Shown here: positions 1 through 11,800 of the stretch, piece after piece
How the letters are laid out: each line of letters starts with the position of its first letter
Position numbering within the stretch: position 1 is the first letter of the stretch
Assembly (NCBI GenBank): GCA_023231475.1
Contig: JALJEE010002193.1
Span: 1 to 48,966, forward strand
Source of the DNA: Seison nebaliae
Taxonomy: Eukaryota
Direction of reading: 5' to 3'
Length of the DNA stretch: 48,966 bases
The notes under the pieces: generated by a model
The model's input: the letters and a program-made list of their open reading frames with translations, nothing else
Told to the model about the DNA's origin: nothing
Database searches by the model: none
Made by a program: the position numbers and the translations under genes

Positions 1-121
1 TTCATCCATGCCAATTGATCGTGAATCTCTTACCGTATTACACCACATGATCGATGATGGCAATGATCGTAATTTTTTTAATCTTTTTTCCAATTTATCC
101 CGTCGGGAATTTCAATAAATT

Positions 122-152
<31 letters not shown>

Positions 153-499
153 AAATAATTGAAAAGCATCTGAAATCTAAACAAAATTGAATGCCGTCAA
201 ATCTCGAGAGTCATAAATCGATGAATCACGTAAAAAATATTTTCTTCTCAAGTTGAAGTATGAAAGATTTCTTCTTCATCTTCTATTGTGGTTTCTATGA
301 TATTCGAATAAATCGATGGAATTCTTAGATAATGATAAACCGATTATAATCGAAGCACTAATATTACAATTTAAAATATTTATTGGATTAATGAAAAAGA
401 AAGAGAAAAATTTAATTAAATTAATAATTAACTTTTCTTAATTTATCTTTGGGAAGAATAAATTTGTACTTATTAATGGATTCATTATTAAAAACTTCA

Positions 500-2287
500 T
501 TAATCTGACACAGTTGGCACTATAGTAAAATCATATTTTTTCCATTTTTCTTTCCAAAATTTTTCATTTACCGGTTTTTTCAAATAGACTTGGGCTGCTT
601 TCGACAGTCTTAAATAAAAACGTTTCGTATAAACAGAGAAATAATCCATCGCTGCTAATGCAGCTAACATCGTCCTTTCGAAAACCACATGGTCTACGAA
701 CTGAATCCCTTGAAAATCTTCCTCCTCATTCTTCATCGGTCGACTGAAATATCCGACGACAATTTGTGGGGTCCGTTGTTGAGTCAATGTCGCTATAAGT
801 ACTGATTGGACAGCGCCAACATATGGTGTTAAGAAAAATGTCACTTTATCATTCGGATAATGTAAGGCGCGTGCCATTTTGATTGATTTTTTTATTTTAT
901 GGAAATCTTCATCCACTTCTTCTGTCCAATCGGGAAACTGCGCTGATTTAATATGTTTATATAATGATGCGGTTAAAGAAGAAAGATCTGGAATGAAATC
1001 TTTATTCTTCTCGACTAATTCCAAAAAAAATTGAGTCTCTATTTTAGATTTTGGAATTGGAAAATTATCTATTATTTTCTTATTCTCAGGAGTTATGTGC
1101 CATCCGTTCCATGTGAAAAGGAAATCTTTAAAAATTATTTTTCTACGGAAAAATTGAGATTTTTGACAATCTATTGTAAAACCGTTATTTATTAAACATT
1201 CTAATACTTGCTTTAATTCAATTTGATGGCAGTTGATATTTCGAGTACATATAAGTATGGAATCTGTATATTGAATACAAGGAGTTGGGTAGAAGTTAAG
1301 ATGTCTATAACGAATTGTGTTAGCATTCAATCCATAAGGTAATTTTCGAAATTGAAATAAACCGCGCCAAGTTTTAAATGCGGTTATCTTTCTGTCCCCT
1401 TCTCTTATGGGAAGTTTGTGATATTTGTCGATGAAGATTAAAGAGAAGAATATCGCACCAGGGAAATATAGGAGATGCTCTTTCAAATCTGTCGTTGATA
1501 TTTCAGCCGGTTCGATGAAACGATTAATTTGACTATAGTCCACAACGACTCTTAATTTTCCATTTTTTTCTTTTTCAACTTTTAGAGGAGATGCCCATCC
1601 ACTAGTGCTCGTCTCAATGACTCCAGCCAATAACATATTATCGATCATTTCATTCACTTCATTTCTCCACTTTTCAGGAATGCATTTCGCTGGAAACTTG
1701 ATCGGCAGTATATCAGCACATATTTCTATTGTGATCTGAGCTTTCAATCCTTTATCAATCTGGTTCAACTCTTTCAAATTCTTCCCAACATCCTCCAATT
1801 CTTTCTTTATATTCTTTTCTTTTATGTTACATATTGAATTGATATCAAGTAAATCTGTCAGTTTTACGAATTTACGATCTTTTATAAATAATTCTCGAGA
1901 CTCGTAATCGGCAAACAGTCCAAAAGCATTCATTAAATCTACACCAAAAACATCATTGTGGTAGTCAAAAACTTCCAAATTCTTGTGCGATATTGAAATT
2001 GAATGCGTCAATTTTTTATTTCCAATTTCTAAATCGACCATTCCAGCCTCATTTACATGAACTGCACCAGCATCAGGAAGTAAAAGCATTCGATAATTCA
2101 GCATATGGAAGGAAATGTTCAGTGCTTTTGCAAGTCTCTGTGTTATAAAAGATAAAGCACTTGGATAATTTTCTATTACAATTTTTTCTCCGTTTATTTT
2201 CATTTCGAAGAAAAGTTTTGTTCCAATTTTCGTCTTAGATGGAGAATAATTGGTTTGTTCACAATTTCTGGGTTCCGTTGCAAACAT
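500..2287 (-). CDS. Ty3/gypsy Pol-derived protein (aspartic protease-RT-RNase H folds) with degenerate active sites; candidate domesticated gene
   Basis: Intact 595-aa ORF with gypsy Pol landmarks in order: protease (FEMKINGEK...SFITQRLAKAL...VFGVDLM), RT (STSGWASPL, GKLRVVVDY, KITAFKTWRGLFQFRKLPYGL, YTDSILI, FPIPKS..ETQFFL), RNase H (VVGYFSRPM...ERTMLAA...YDFTI). No gag, integrase or LTRs nearby. Confidence 0.85.
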   Translation of the reverse strand: MFATEPRNCEQTNYSPSKTKIGTKLFFEMKINGEKIVIENYPSALSFITQRLAKALNISFHMLNYRMLLLPDAGAVHVNEAGMVDLEIGNKKLTHSISISHKNLEVFDYHNDVFGVDLMNAFGLFADYESRELFIKDRKFVKLTDLLDINSICNIKEKNIKKELEDVGKNLKELNQIDKGLKAQITIEICADILPIKFPAKCIPEKWRNEVNEMIDNMLLAGVIETSTSGWASPLKVEKEKNGKLRVVVDYSQINRFIEPAEISTTDLKEHLLYFPGAIFFSLIFIDKYHKLPIREGDRKITAFKTWRGLFQFRKLPYGLNANTIRYRHLNFYPTPCIQYTDSILICTRNINCHQIELKQVLECLINNGFTIDCQKSQFFRRKIIFKDFLFTWNGWHITPENKKIIDNFPIPKSKIETQFFLELVEKNKDFIPDLSSLTASLYKHIKSAQFPDWTEEVDEDFHKIKKSIKMARALHYPNDKVTFFLTPYVGAVQSVLIATLTQQRTPQIVVGYFSRPMKNEEEDFQGIQFVDHVVFERTMLAALAAMDYFSVYTKRFYLRLSKAAQVYLKKPVNEKFWKEKWKKYDFTIVPTVSD

Positions 2288-2295
2288 CTTGTTAT

Positions 2296-2323
2296 CTAAA
2301 AGTTAGTTAATAATGTGACAAAC
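2296..2323 (-). other. Putative 28-nt 5'-UTR intron of the Pol-derived gene
   Basis: Minus strand reads GGAAAG|GTTTGTCACATTATTAACTAACTTTTAG|ATAACAAGATG: GTT donor, CTAAC branch point, TTTTAG acceptor 8 nt before the ATG. Shorter than the other introns here. Confidence 0.45.
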
Positions 2324-2691
2324 CTTTCCTTTGTTACTTTAATAATTTTTAATAAAATTAAAATTTTTAAACATAAATTTTTCAATATCGGTTTATAGGA
2401 AAGGGAAATTCTACGAAATATAGGAAGTTAATGATTTATCACATTATCTCTCGTCCTTCTCTTACTCCTTCTTTGTTGCACGATGAGATTAATTACATTG
2501 TCTGACCTTTAACTTAATAAATCTACTTGTCAGTTATGTGAACTCACCGATTGTTTTAAAGCTACCCTATCTCCATTGATGTTTTTAGAGAAGAATTAAG
2601 TATATATGAGGAGAAAGGGAAAGAAGGGGATAAATATGACATGTTTATTGGGAGACGGAACGGATTTACAATAATTTAATCAATAAATATC

Positions 2692-3717
2692 TTATCTCGA
2701 TTGTTCCGATTGGAAGTTGTTGTGGAAAGAAATTAGACTGGGATCTAAACGGACCGAATTCTCATTATCGGATTCGCTAAGAAACTTGGAGTTGGACCTT
2801 GAAAAGTCTTTGGTCGTCTCATAAAAATTATTGGTATTGGGCTGATATGTCGCTGTAGTTGTTGTCGTTATTGTTGTAACATCTCTCATTAACATCGAAG
2901 ATGTTATGACATTAGTCGATTGTTGAACCTCTTTATTATTCAGGGAAATATTATCATACGTATTATATTGATTCTGGTTATTGTTGTTGTTGTTATTGTT
3001 ATTGTCGATAGTGGAAGAATTGAGTCGATTTCTACGATTCTTAACAAACGTTTTCACTGAATCGAACGCATATTGAGATTGATGTGAAGGAGAATTATAT
3101 TTATCTGATTCATAAAATTGTTGATGTTGTTGTTTTTGTTGTTGTTGTTGTGGCTCGTGTTGTTGAGGAATATAATTATTTTCATAACAAATAGATTTAT
3201 GAAGTGAATTGAGTCGATTAACACAATTGGGTGGATGATTAATGGCGATTGGAACATAAGGGAATTTATTCGTTTTATTTGAGAGATTGTGAGCATCAAG
3301 ATAAAATTCACTTTTCAATAATGTCGAATTTTCCGAACTGTTCATCGTATATTGATCGAGAATATTGTCACGTTGTCCTGGACTAATCGATTGATTGAGA
3401 TATCTATTGGAACTATTCAAATTGACAACAGAAGAACGATTCATTATTGGAGTCAATGATGGATGAATGATACAATGTGATAGATATCGATCATTTCCTT
3501 CACTACTTTCTGATGATGATAAGGAAGATGACGAAGTAGGTATGGAAAACATAAGATCATCTAATCCAATTGTATCATCTGTTATGGGTTGATTATTCGA
3601 ATCATTATTACTATGAGGATCATATGGATGATTTCTAAATAAATGATTATGAAGTTTCTGTTGAAATTGTCTTTCTTCTTGCTCTTTCGAATTTAATCGA
3701 TATCCATTATTTCTCAC

Positions 3718-3755
<38 letters not shown>

Positions 3756-5035
3756 CAGATGGACGAGAAAAATAATCATTAAATTGATTTGGTTTCTTTC
3801 CATTATTTTCCCAATTTCCAATAATATCTCGATGAGTAAATGAGATTTCTGAATGTTTTCTCCTTTGAACAATTCGTCTGATATACCAAATGATTACGAC
3901 TGAAATGATGACGAAGAATATCGTAACAATTGGAGTGACGATAAGTAGAAGAATCATATTTTTCGGATCCGAATATAAATTCTCAAATTGATAAGTTCCT
4001 TTCCAATTGTTTGCCGATTCATTCTTCACGGTCGATATCGACGATACCGTTTGAAATGATAATGAATTATTCTTCTTCCATTTGTTTGACAATAAATGTG
4101 CAAGTGATGTCGATGTGAAACGACGATTAATTTCATGACGAATTCTTTCCGCCAAATTTAATTTCCTCAGTTCAACATTTAACTTTTCTGCCACTTCATC
4201 TTTAGCCAATTGGTCAATTAATAAAACTGATCGTTCAGTTGTCGTTCCATCATCCTCTCCAAAATGATGATAAATATTATTCGTTTCTTTTGATGCAATC
4301 AAATTATTTTCATGTTCATCCGTCATCTCCTCCATATGATCATCATCATTATCGTCATTCAGATAAAGATAATCATTCGCAACATTACTCCCATCATTAT
4401 CGTCGATGATATACATATCATTGTCTTCAAATGTCTGTTTGGTTTCCTGAAACGCACAAAATTAAAATTCCCGAAATATTCGAAAAACTCTCAACTTTTT
4501 CTTCTTGTTCAATTCGTTCCAGACGTTTCCGCTCTTCCAATTCATGGACCTTCTGAAGCGTTTCCAATTCTTTCAGAAGTAAATCAATACCGTTTTGGAA
4601 TGGAAAAGAAATTAAACCAGTTAAACTGATATCGCATTTATGAGTGTTCTCCGGGAAATCACATTTTCTTGACACCGGATCCCACAAAGTGCCGATTGCG
4701 CATGTTTTAATGAAAGTCCTCTCGTTGTGACATACGATGAAGTGTGCACACTCACCCTTTATATAGTAGTCACCGTTTGTTTGGTTATTACAGAACTTCT
4801 CATATTTCACATATAATCGATCGGTACCTGGAAAGGAGGGAACGGAAAAATTTGAAAATTTGAAAAGAAATTTTCCCCTGAAAAATTCTTAACTGGAAGC
4901 TGAGAATTTCTTTAGAATTGGAATCTCTTCCATCATATAATCGATATCGCCGACCGTAATAAAATCCATGTTATCAATTCCCATGGAATAAGGAGAAAAA
5001 ATGAGAATAACTAGAATTGGCCACCAGCCTCCCAT
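2692..5035 (-). CDS. Type I membrane protein with chitin-binding type-2 (peritrophin-A/CBM14) domain and long N/Q-rich cytoplasmic tail (~742 aa)
   Basis: Exons 5035-4894, 4827-4496 and 4446-2692 join in frame across GT-AG introns. Signal peptide MGGWWPILVILIFSPYSMG; six-Cys CBM14 FCNNQTNGDYYIKGECAHFIVCHNERTFIKTCAIGTLWDPVSRKCDFPENTHKC; TM helix ILLLIVTPIVTIFFVIISVVIIWYI followed by RRIVQRRK; AATAAA at 2649-2644. Confidence 0.85.
3718..3754. repeat. (TTG)n microsatellite encoding poly-Gln
   Basis: Direct read; CAA codons in the minus-strand CDS. Confidence 0.95.
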
Positions 5036-7852
5036 CAAAATTTTCTACAACAAATATAAAAAGTTCAAATTGACATTATTGACATTCAGAAAAGATCTGA
5101 AATTATCTCAACAAATTATTAATTTCCTTAATTCTTTAAATTTAATTTACGAAGAAAATTCATCTTCTGGATAAGAAGTTTTTGGATAAATTAATATTAC
5201 TGGACAGTAACGATGAATAATAATGGAATTGTTTATTAAATTTGTTTGTTTGACAACAATAAGTTTTCCCCAAGACATTTGAACAGATTCATCTCGCCAA
5301 ATAGAGATATGGCGAGGAAATGGTATCTCTCTTATCAGAGGAGAGAAGAAAACAATGGAAATATTCAACTATTTCATTTCTTTTCTTATTTTCCATAAGA
5401 AGATCAACCTTGATGCGATAATCCTTCTCAAATAGGATGAGAAGAAGAGAACGTGAGTTCAAGATATTTTTAAATTTTCTTATCAATAAATCTCGAGTTG
5501 ATGAATAGTTACTTTTGATTCTTCTTCTCGTCGGAAGAGACGATATGTCTGATCGCGACGAACCAAACAAAATGATAAAGGAGGTAAGAAGAAGGATGAA
5601 CTGTGATGTTATCTCAACTTTCAATAGTTGACGGTGAAAGTCGAACAGTAACTCTTCGACTAATAAGTCTTCCATTGAAACACAGATGGATTGAATGAGA
5701 AGCAAAGGTATTGGATGAGGCTACTTGTCGATGACGATTAAATTAATTTGACTTTTTCCCATTTTCACTCGTCGCAACTGACGATTTCATTCCTCTTCTT
5801 CTTCATTGAAATGACGTGAATGAGATGGGGAGGGAGGAGAAGAAGAAGAAGAAGGAGGAGGAGTAATGAATAACGATAGACTTACCTGCGAACTTGATTC
5901 ATTCGATTCTGTTCTAATAATCACATATCAGATTCTGTCCTTTCATCTCTAATCTTATTTACATTTACCAACATATGGATCAGAGCCATATATATATCAC
6001 CCAAAACCACATTTATTATCTAGTAGACCTGCTTTAATCATATGATTATTATTAGTCTCATCCTCATTATTTTCATTCTTATTCTGTTTCTCAAATAGAA
6101 ACTTCGAATTTTCGAACGATTATCATTTTCCTTTTTCATCGTTCCCAATGGTATTCGATCCATCCAGTTAAATCCATCAATTCACACCATCATCATATTG
6201 ATGGGAGGAATACTAAACAGTTATCACATTTTATATGATCAAAACGAGAATTATTCTTCTGGTTATTTAGTGGAAGATGATCCATAATTTCTTTCAATCG
6301 TTACACATTCATTTTCCATAATATTTACCATTCACTTATCTTGTCTGCAACCATTCCTCTCATCACATCTCTTTCTTATCTAACATTCTTCTTTGAATCA
6401 TTATAGTGTATCACTTCCATTAGGATTAGACGATGGATCATGACTGTCTTATATTTGGTATCATATTTATTTATTATCTCCCACTCCACTTCACATATCT
6501 CATCATTTGTGTCTTCTCTCATTTTTCAATAATTGACACCCAAAATTGTTTGGTGGATAATTGTTTAAGAGAAACTTATCTTTCTAAAAAAAAATTATTA
6601 GTACTGAACTAAGTTCAGTACTCATACTCGTTTCATAGCGATTGTTCAGTTATGGTAGTGAATGATATAAAGTGGATCTGTTTTGAATGAGACAATTGGA
6701 AAAGGAATGACGAGGAAGAAAATTTACTGATGGAGCGAAATATGCGTTCTATGAATTATAAAAGTATCAAATCGATTGAAAACTATTATGATCTTCCTCC
6801 GTTCATCTGAAAAGTGTTTATTGAATTTTTGAGAAGGGAAACATTCTCCCACTTTCTCTCAAACTACAAACCGTTTTTTTCGGTAACCTGAAATTGTCTA
6901 ATAAAATCTTATCGAACATAAAGAAGATGGATAACGATATATGATGGGAGAGTGATAGGAATGAAGGAATTGACGGAAATGACCATCTCATTCTGAAGTC
7001 TATCCCAACAAGTAATCGGGACGTTTTCTATACAATTCTTCTTCATACAAAAGATTATGATGGTGATGATGATGATGATGGAAATAAAGCGGATAATGGT
7101 AGTAAGGGATGATGGAGAGAAGTGAAGCGGAAGGGAAATTAAAAAAGAATACTTTTTCTTATTGGGATCACGATGACACTATATGATAGTATCATTTGTC
7201 AGTGGAAAATGGAAGAAAATTGTGGAAAAGCGTTGGACGATGATGACGACAACAATGTTGATGATAATATTACTTTTTATTTCAAGAAAAAGATTTTGTT
7301 GTCAGTCTCAATTAATTCGGAAAAAATGGAAATCTTTCCCGATATCTTAATACTTCAATTGGTGGATGAATGATGAATGAACGTCGAAAGACAATACTCG
7401 ACATTTACCTGTCGATTGTTTCACGGAAGTGATGACTCCTTTCTAATGACGATTTTGGTGTTTTCGAGGAATTTAGTTACTGAATCACTTTCGGAAATAT
7501 CATAAATGAATAAATTATATTTTCAAATTATTTATCGTTTATTAATCATTATTTAATTAATTGACATATTTTAATGATATTTAAATGGAAATGAAATTTG
7601 AAGAGAATTCTCCTCCCGATTTGAAGAAGGAAAAAGAATGGGAAAATTTTAATTGTATATCAAAATAAAAATTGTAAAATAGAAATTATGTATTCCGTTT
7701 TGAGATGATAATAATAATGATGAAAATAATGAAGATATATTTTTACAAAATGGAAACAGGAAAGAATATGTTGTGAATGTTTGACATATATTTGTTGGAT
7801 GATAATCTGTTCAACTGGAGAATAAAAAGTATAAGAATCAGAAAGATCGTTA

Positions 7853-8761
7853 TTAACGTGGTAACGGTAAGTGGACGACTTCCAACATCCACGGATTCAA
7901 ACCGGCAATCGCATTATTGACGGCTTCCATTGAAATATAGAAATTGAGGGGAACATCTTCAATCACATGTTCTGGGGGAATGTTGTGGAGTGAGTGACAT
8001 TGAGAATTCTCTCCGCTTCCATTCGAAATGTTCAAATCGTTGTTGATGGTAATGGAGTGAACATTCATCTCTTCATCGTCACTAAGAATTTCGTGCCGGT
8101 TTGTAGTATTAATGTGGTTGTTATCTGTTGAAAGTTTATTTTTATCAGCTGGACTGGTTTGGAGGAGAGATTCGGGAGATATATCCAAATGAGTCGGATT
8201 AAGAATATTTTGAATGGTAGTCGGAGAAATGTAGTGATCGTTTGTTGAAGACAAAAACTGGTCTTTAGAACGCTCGTCAACGAACGGATAATTTTCAAAT
8301 GAATTATTTATGTCACTCTCCCAAGGACTGGGCATCATATCAATGGATGGTGCAATCATCTTACTTCCATGAGCATTCTCGAAAACATGACCGAACATTC
8401 CATCTTGTTCCATCATCAACGAGTTCTCATACGAATCATTCTGTCCATCTTCTCCAAGGAGAGACATTCCATTGAGAGACAACAAACTTCGACCTACATC
8501 AACCGTCTCACATTCTAACATTTCCATTCGATGATCATGAGCTGATTTTGGTGGATTGTGAATATTTGAATTTAATGTCACATTTTCATTATTCTCCTTC
8601 GTACAATTATTCATTACTTCATTCTCCAAAATATTATTTTTATATATATTCATTTTATTTTCAATTGAATCCTCCTTCTTTTTCTCATTACCATTATTCG
8701 TATGAGCATCATTATTTTCATTATTTTCTTTGTTGTTCTCATTTTTATCATCACTCTTCCA

Positions 8762-8827
<66 letters not shown>

Positions 8828-11800
8828 TTCATTATTTTCATTATTTTTGTTGTTGTTGTTCTCATTATTGATATTATACGTTGGAATATTAGATAATGGG
8901 ATAATTTTGAAAGGAATATTTTTTTCTTTATCAATTAACATCTGATTCACTAAGGAATCCTGAAGAACTTTCAATCCAAAATTGTAATCTCCTTCAACTG
9001 ATGTGGCAGATACACATATCTGATGCAACGAATCATTCTCGTAGTGTAATCGATATCGTTTCTTTTCAATTATTAAATCTGACCAACTTCCTACATACTC
9101 ATACATTTGACTCAATGTTATTGGCACAATATTCATATAAAGCATATCATTTATCTATCAAAAGAAGAAAAAGAAGAGAAATTATTTGAAATAAAATTAA
9201 TTGGAAATAACATATGCATAAAATCGTTTATGAATCGACTTATTATAGAAATTGCTCGAACTTGTACATAATGCGAATATATGAATACTATGAGGCAATT
9301 TGGTTAATTCGAGTAATTTACCCAGATATTCTGGATGTACAGCATTCACCTATTTAAAAAGAGAATATGAAAATTAATAATAAAATTTACAAACATCATG
9401 AAGAATTATCATAATGGGCATTTCTTTGAAATGTGACGACCATCGATGAAGGAACAGGAAACGAATTGAATCAAACGCCATTCGTTCCGATTCGAATTGT
9501 GGAACGGTATTATTCGGAAATAATTCCTGCACGAGAGATAATAAAAGAAGATGAGTAAAAATCGATCAAACTTCGAATATTTGAGAGAATAATTTTTGTT
9601 CACTTCCTGATTCGATGTCGATGATTTTGGGAACTTCGTTCACATTTGCCGTATCTAACCAAAAATCGATAAGACTGTTCGTAACAGCGATACGATCATA
9701 TTCGTTCACGGAACATAACAATGAGAATGATGCTTTATCTTCCGTATGTTTATCTCTCACCGTTTCCATTAGATGAATACACAACTCTCGTCTCAACGAC
9801 GATGCGACGTGCCGATAATTTCGAGTTTTGAAATTACTCACGAAAACTTCGAGTAGAAATCGTAGAGCTTCCGTCGTCAACGGATATGAATAAGGAAATT
9901 TATTCACAAATTTATTTATCATATTATGATGCTTTTCTTTGAGTAGTCGCTCTTCTTTCAAACGATGCCATCGTTTGATGGTTGAGCGAGTGGGTGTGGC
10001 CTTTACATAATTTAACCTCTCCTGCGTAAGAATTGACCGCTGAGTATGATAATTATTATCTGTCAGATCTTCCATCGTCGGATGGTCATCATCATTATTA
10101 TGATTATTATTATCATGGTTATTATCATCATGATTATCATCATCATGATTATTATCATCATGGTTATTATCATCATGGTTATCATCATCATGATTATTAT
10201 CATCCTTTTCATTTGGAGAGAATTTTGTATTTGACGATTTCCTTCTTGTCCATTTCTCTGAACATTTTTTCCTATGTTTCTTCACCGAATTATATTCCTT
10301 ATTTTTCACCGATGATTTTCTCTTTAATTCTTTCTTCAATTTCACATTTTCTTTTTTTTTCATTTTCAAATTTTTTTCTTTCTCCGATTTCTTCAATGTC
10401 GAATTCAACCGTTTCCTTTTACCAACATCACACATTTGAGCTGTATTTAATAAATGAGTGATTCCTTTCGATGATAAACGTTTCACTCGATTACTTCTTC
10501 GGAGTGGTACCGTATCCTCCGTCGTATTCTCATTGACGAGAGAAGTATCGAGAGAATAATGAGGAGAATAAACATCAGTTTCATGAATAACTAATCGTTT
10601 TCCATTATTTAAGAGTAGTTCTAATTCATTCTGTGGTCCATCATCCAAATTCTTCATTTCCGAGTTGATGTTCTCATTATCTAAATATGTTTCGTCTAAA
10701 TCCAAATTGGCAATCTCATTCATCTCATTCATTTCATTCGATCTTTCTGATATGGGAGGAAAGAGAATATCTTCCTCAGTTAATGATTGGATTTCATTTA
10801 GAATCGTATCATCTGAGAATTTATCTCCTCCTTCACAACCATCATTGATTCGATCAACTTCTTTTAACAGGTCTTCTAATTCCTTATCTGGTAGATCATA
10901 ATCATAAAAAAATTCATCGAAATTAATAAATCTGTCAAAACTCAATTTATCTTCTTCAGTCACATTCTCTCCTTCATCTAATGGAAAAATTAAATTTGTA
11001 AAATTTTTATGTTCTTCATTAATCGAATCAGTCATGGAATCGATATAATTATTTAAATTATCAACATTCAATTCTTTATTCAAATCAATATTATCATCCA
11101 TATTCAACTCTTTCCTCTCGTCAACATTCAAAACGTTATTTGTCTCAACAGTACATTTGATATGAGATATTGATTTACAATTAATGTCTGATTCTTCTTC
11201 TCCTATGATGGAGGGTAAGTGATGATTCGATACTTCTCCATTATCTGATTCATTCTTTGAATTAGATCCAATTGCTAAATATAAATTATTCGTCTCATCA
11301 ACAATCAATTTATTCGAAATTTCTTCGTCATTATTTCTATTATCTTCTTCTACAACATCATCTTCCACATTTATCGACATATCAATATGTAACGGTTTAT
11401 TTGAATCATCGTTACAATCCATTTCAAAGACTGTAACATTCGACTCATCATTTATCTTATTTTCCAAATTCTCTTCTACAATTCTTTCACTACCATTTTC
11501 CTTCCTAATAACGTTATTGTCACTTCCAATTTTAAGGTCATTTCCGTCAATTTCATCATTCACAATTTCCTTATTCAGAATATTACCGTCCATATCATTC
11601 TTATCCATTTGATTATCACCAACAGGTTCAATAATGATTTCACAATCAGTAGTTTTCGTTAACTGACAATCGACAACTTTCTCTTTTTCCAACGAAACAA
11701 TTACCAGATCCTCATTCTCCAAAATCGCATCATCAATTATTTTCTCTTCCGCTATTTGATCATCGCCAACTGAATTATCTCCATTCTGATCTTCGATTAG

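Noticed and set aside
500..2287. Active LTR retrotransposon
   Set aside because: No LTRs, gag or integrase, and the catalytic motifs are degenerate.
5147..5705. Two minus-strand ORFs (73 and 138 aa)
   Set aside because: No recognisable motifs; they fall inside a plausible 5'-UTR intron of the CBM14 gene (GTAAGT at 5885 to AG at 5097).
7429..7490. Box C/D snoRNA-like GTGATGA...CTGA
   Set aside because: Short, the stem overlaps box C, and I could not identify an rRNA-antisense guide.
8548..8945. Poly-Tyr, poly-Ile and poly-Leu ORFs
   Set aside because: Alternative-frame shadows of the (ATT)n repeat in the real poly-Asn exon; the same applies to 10033-10461.
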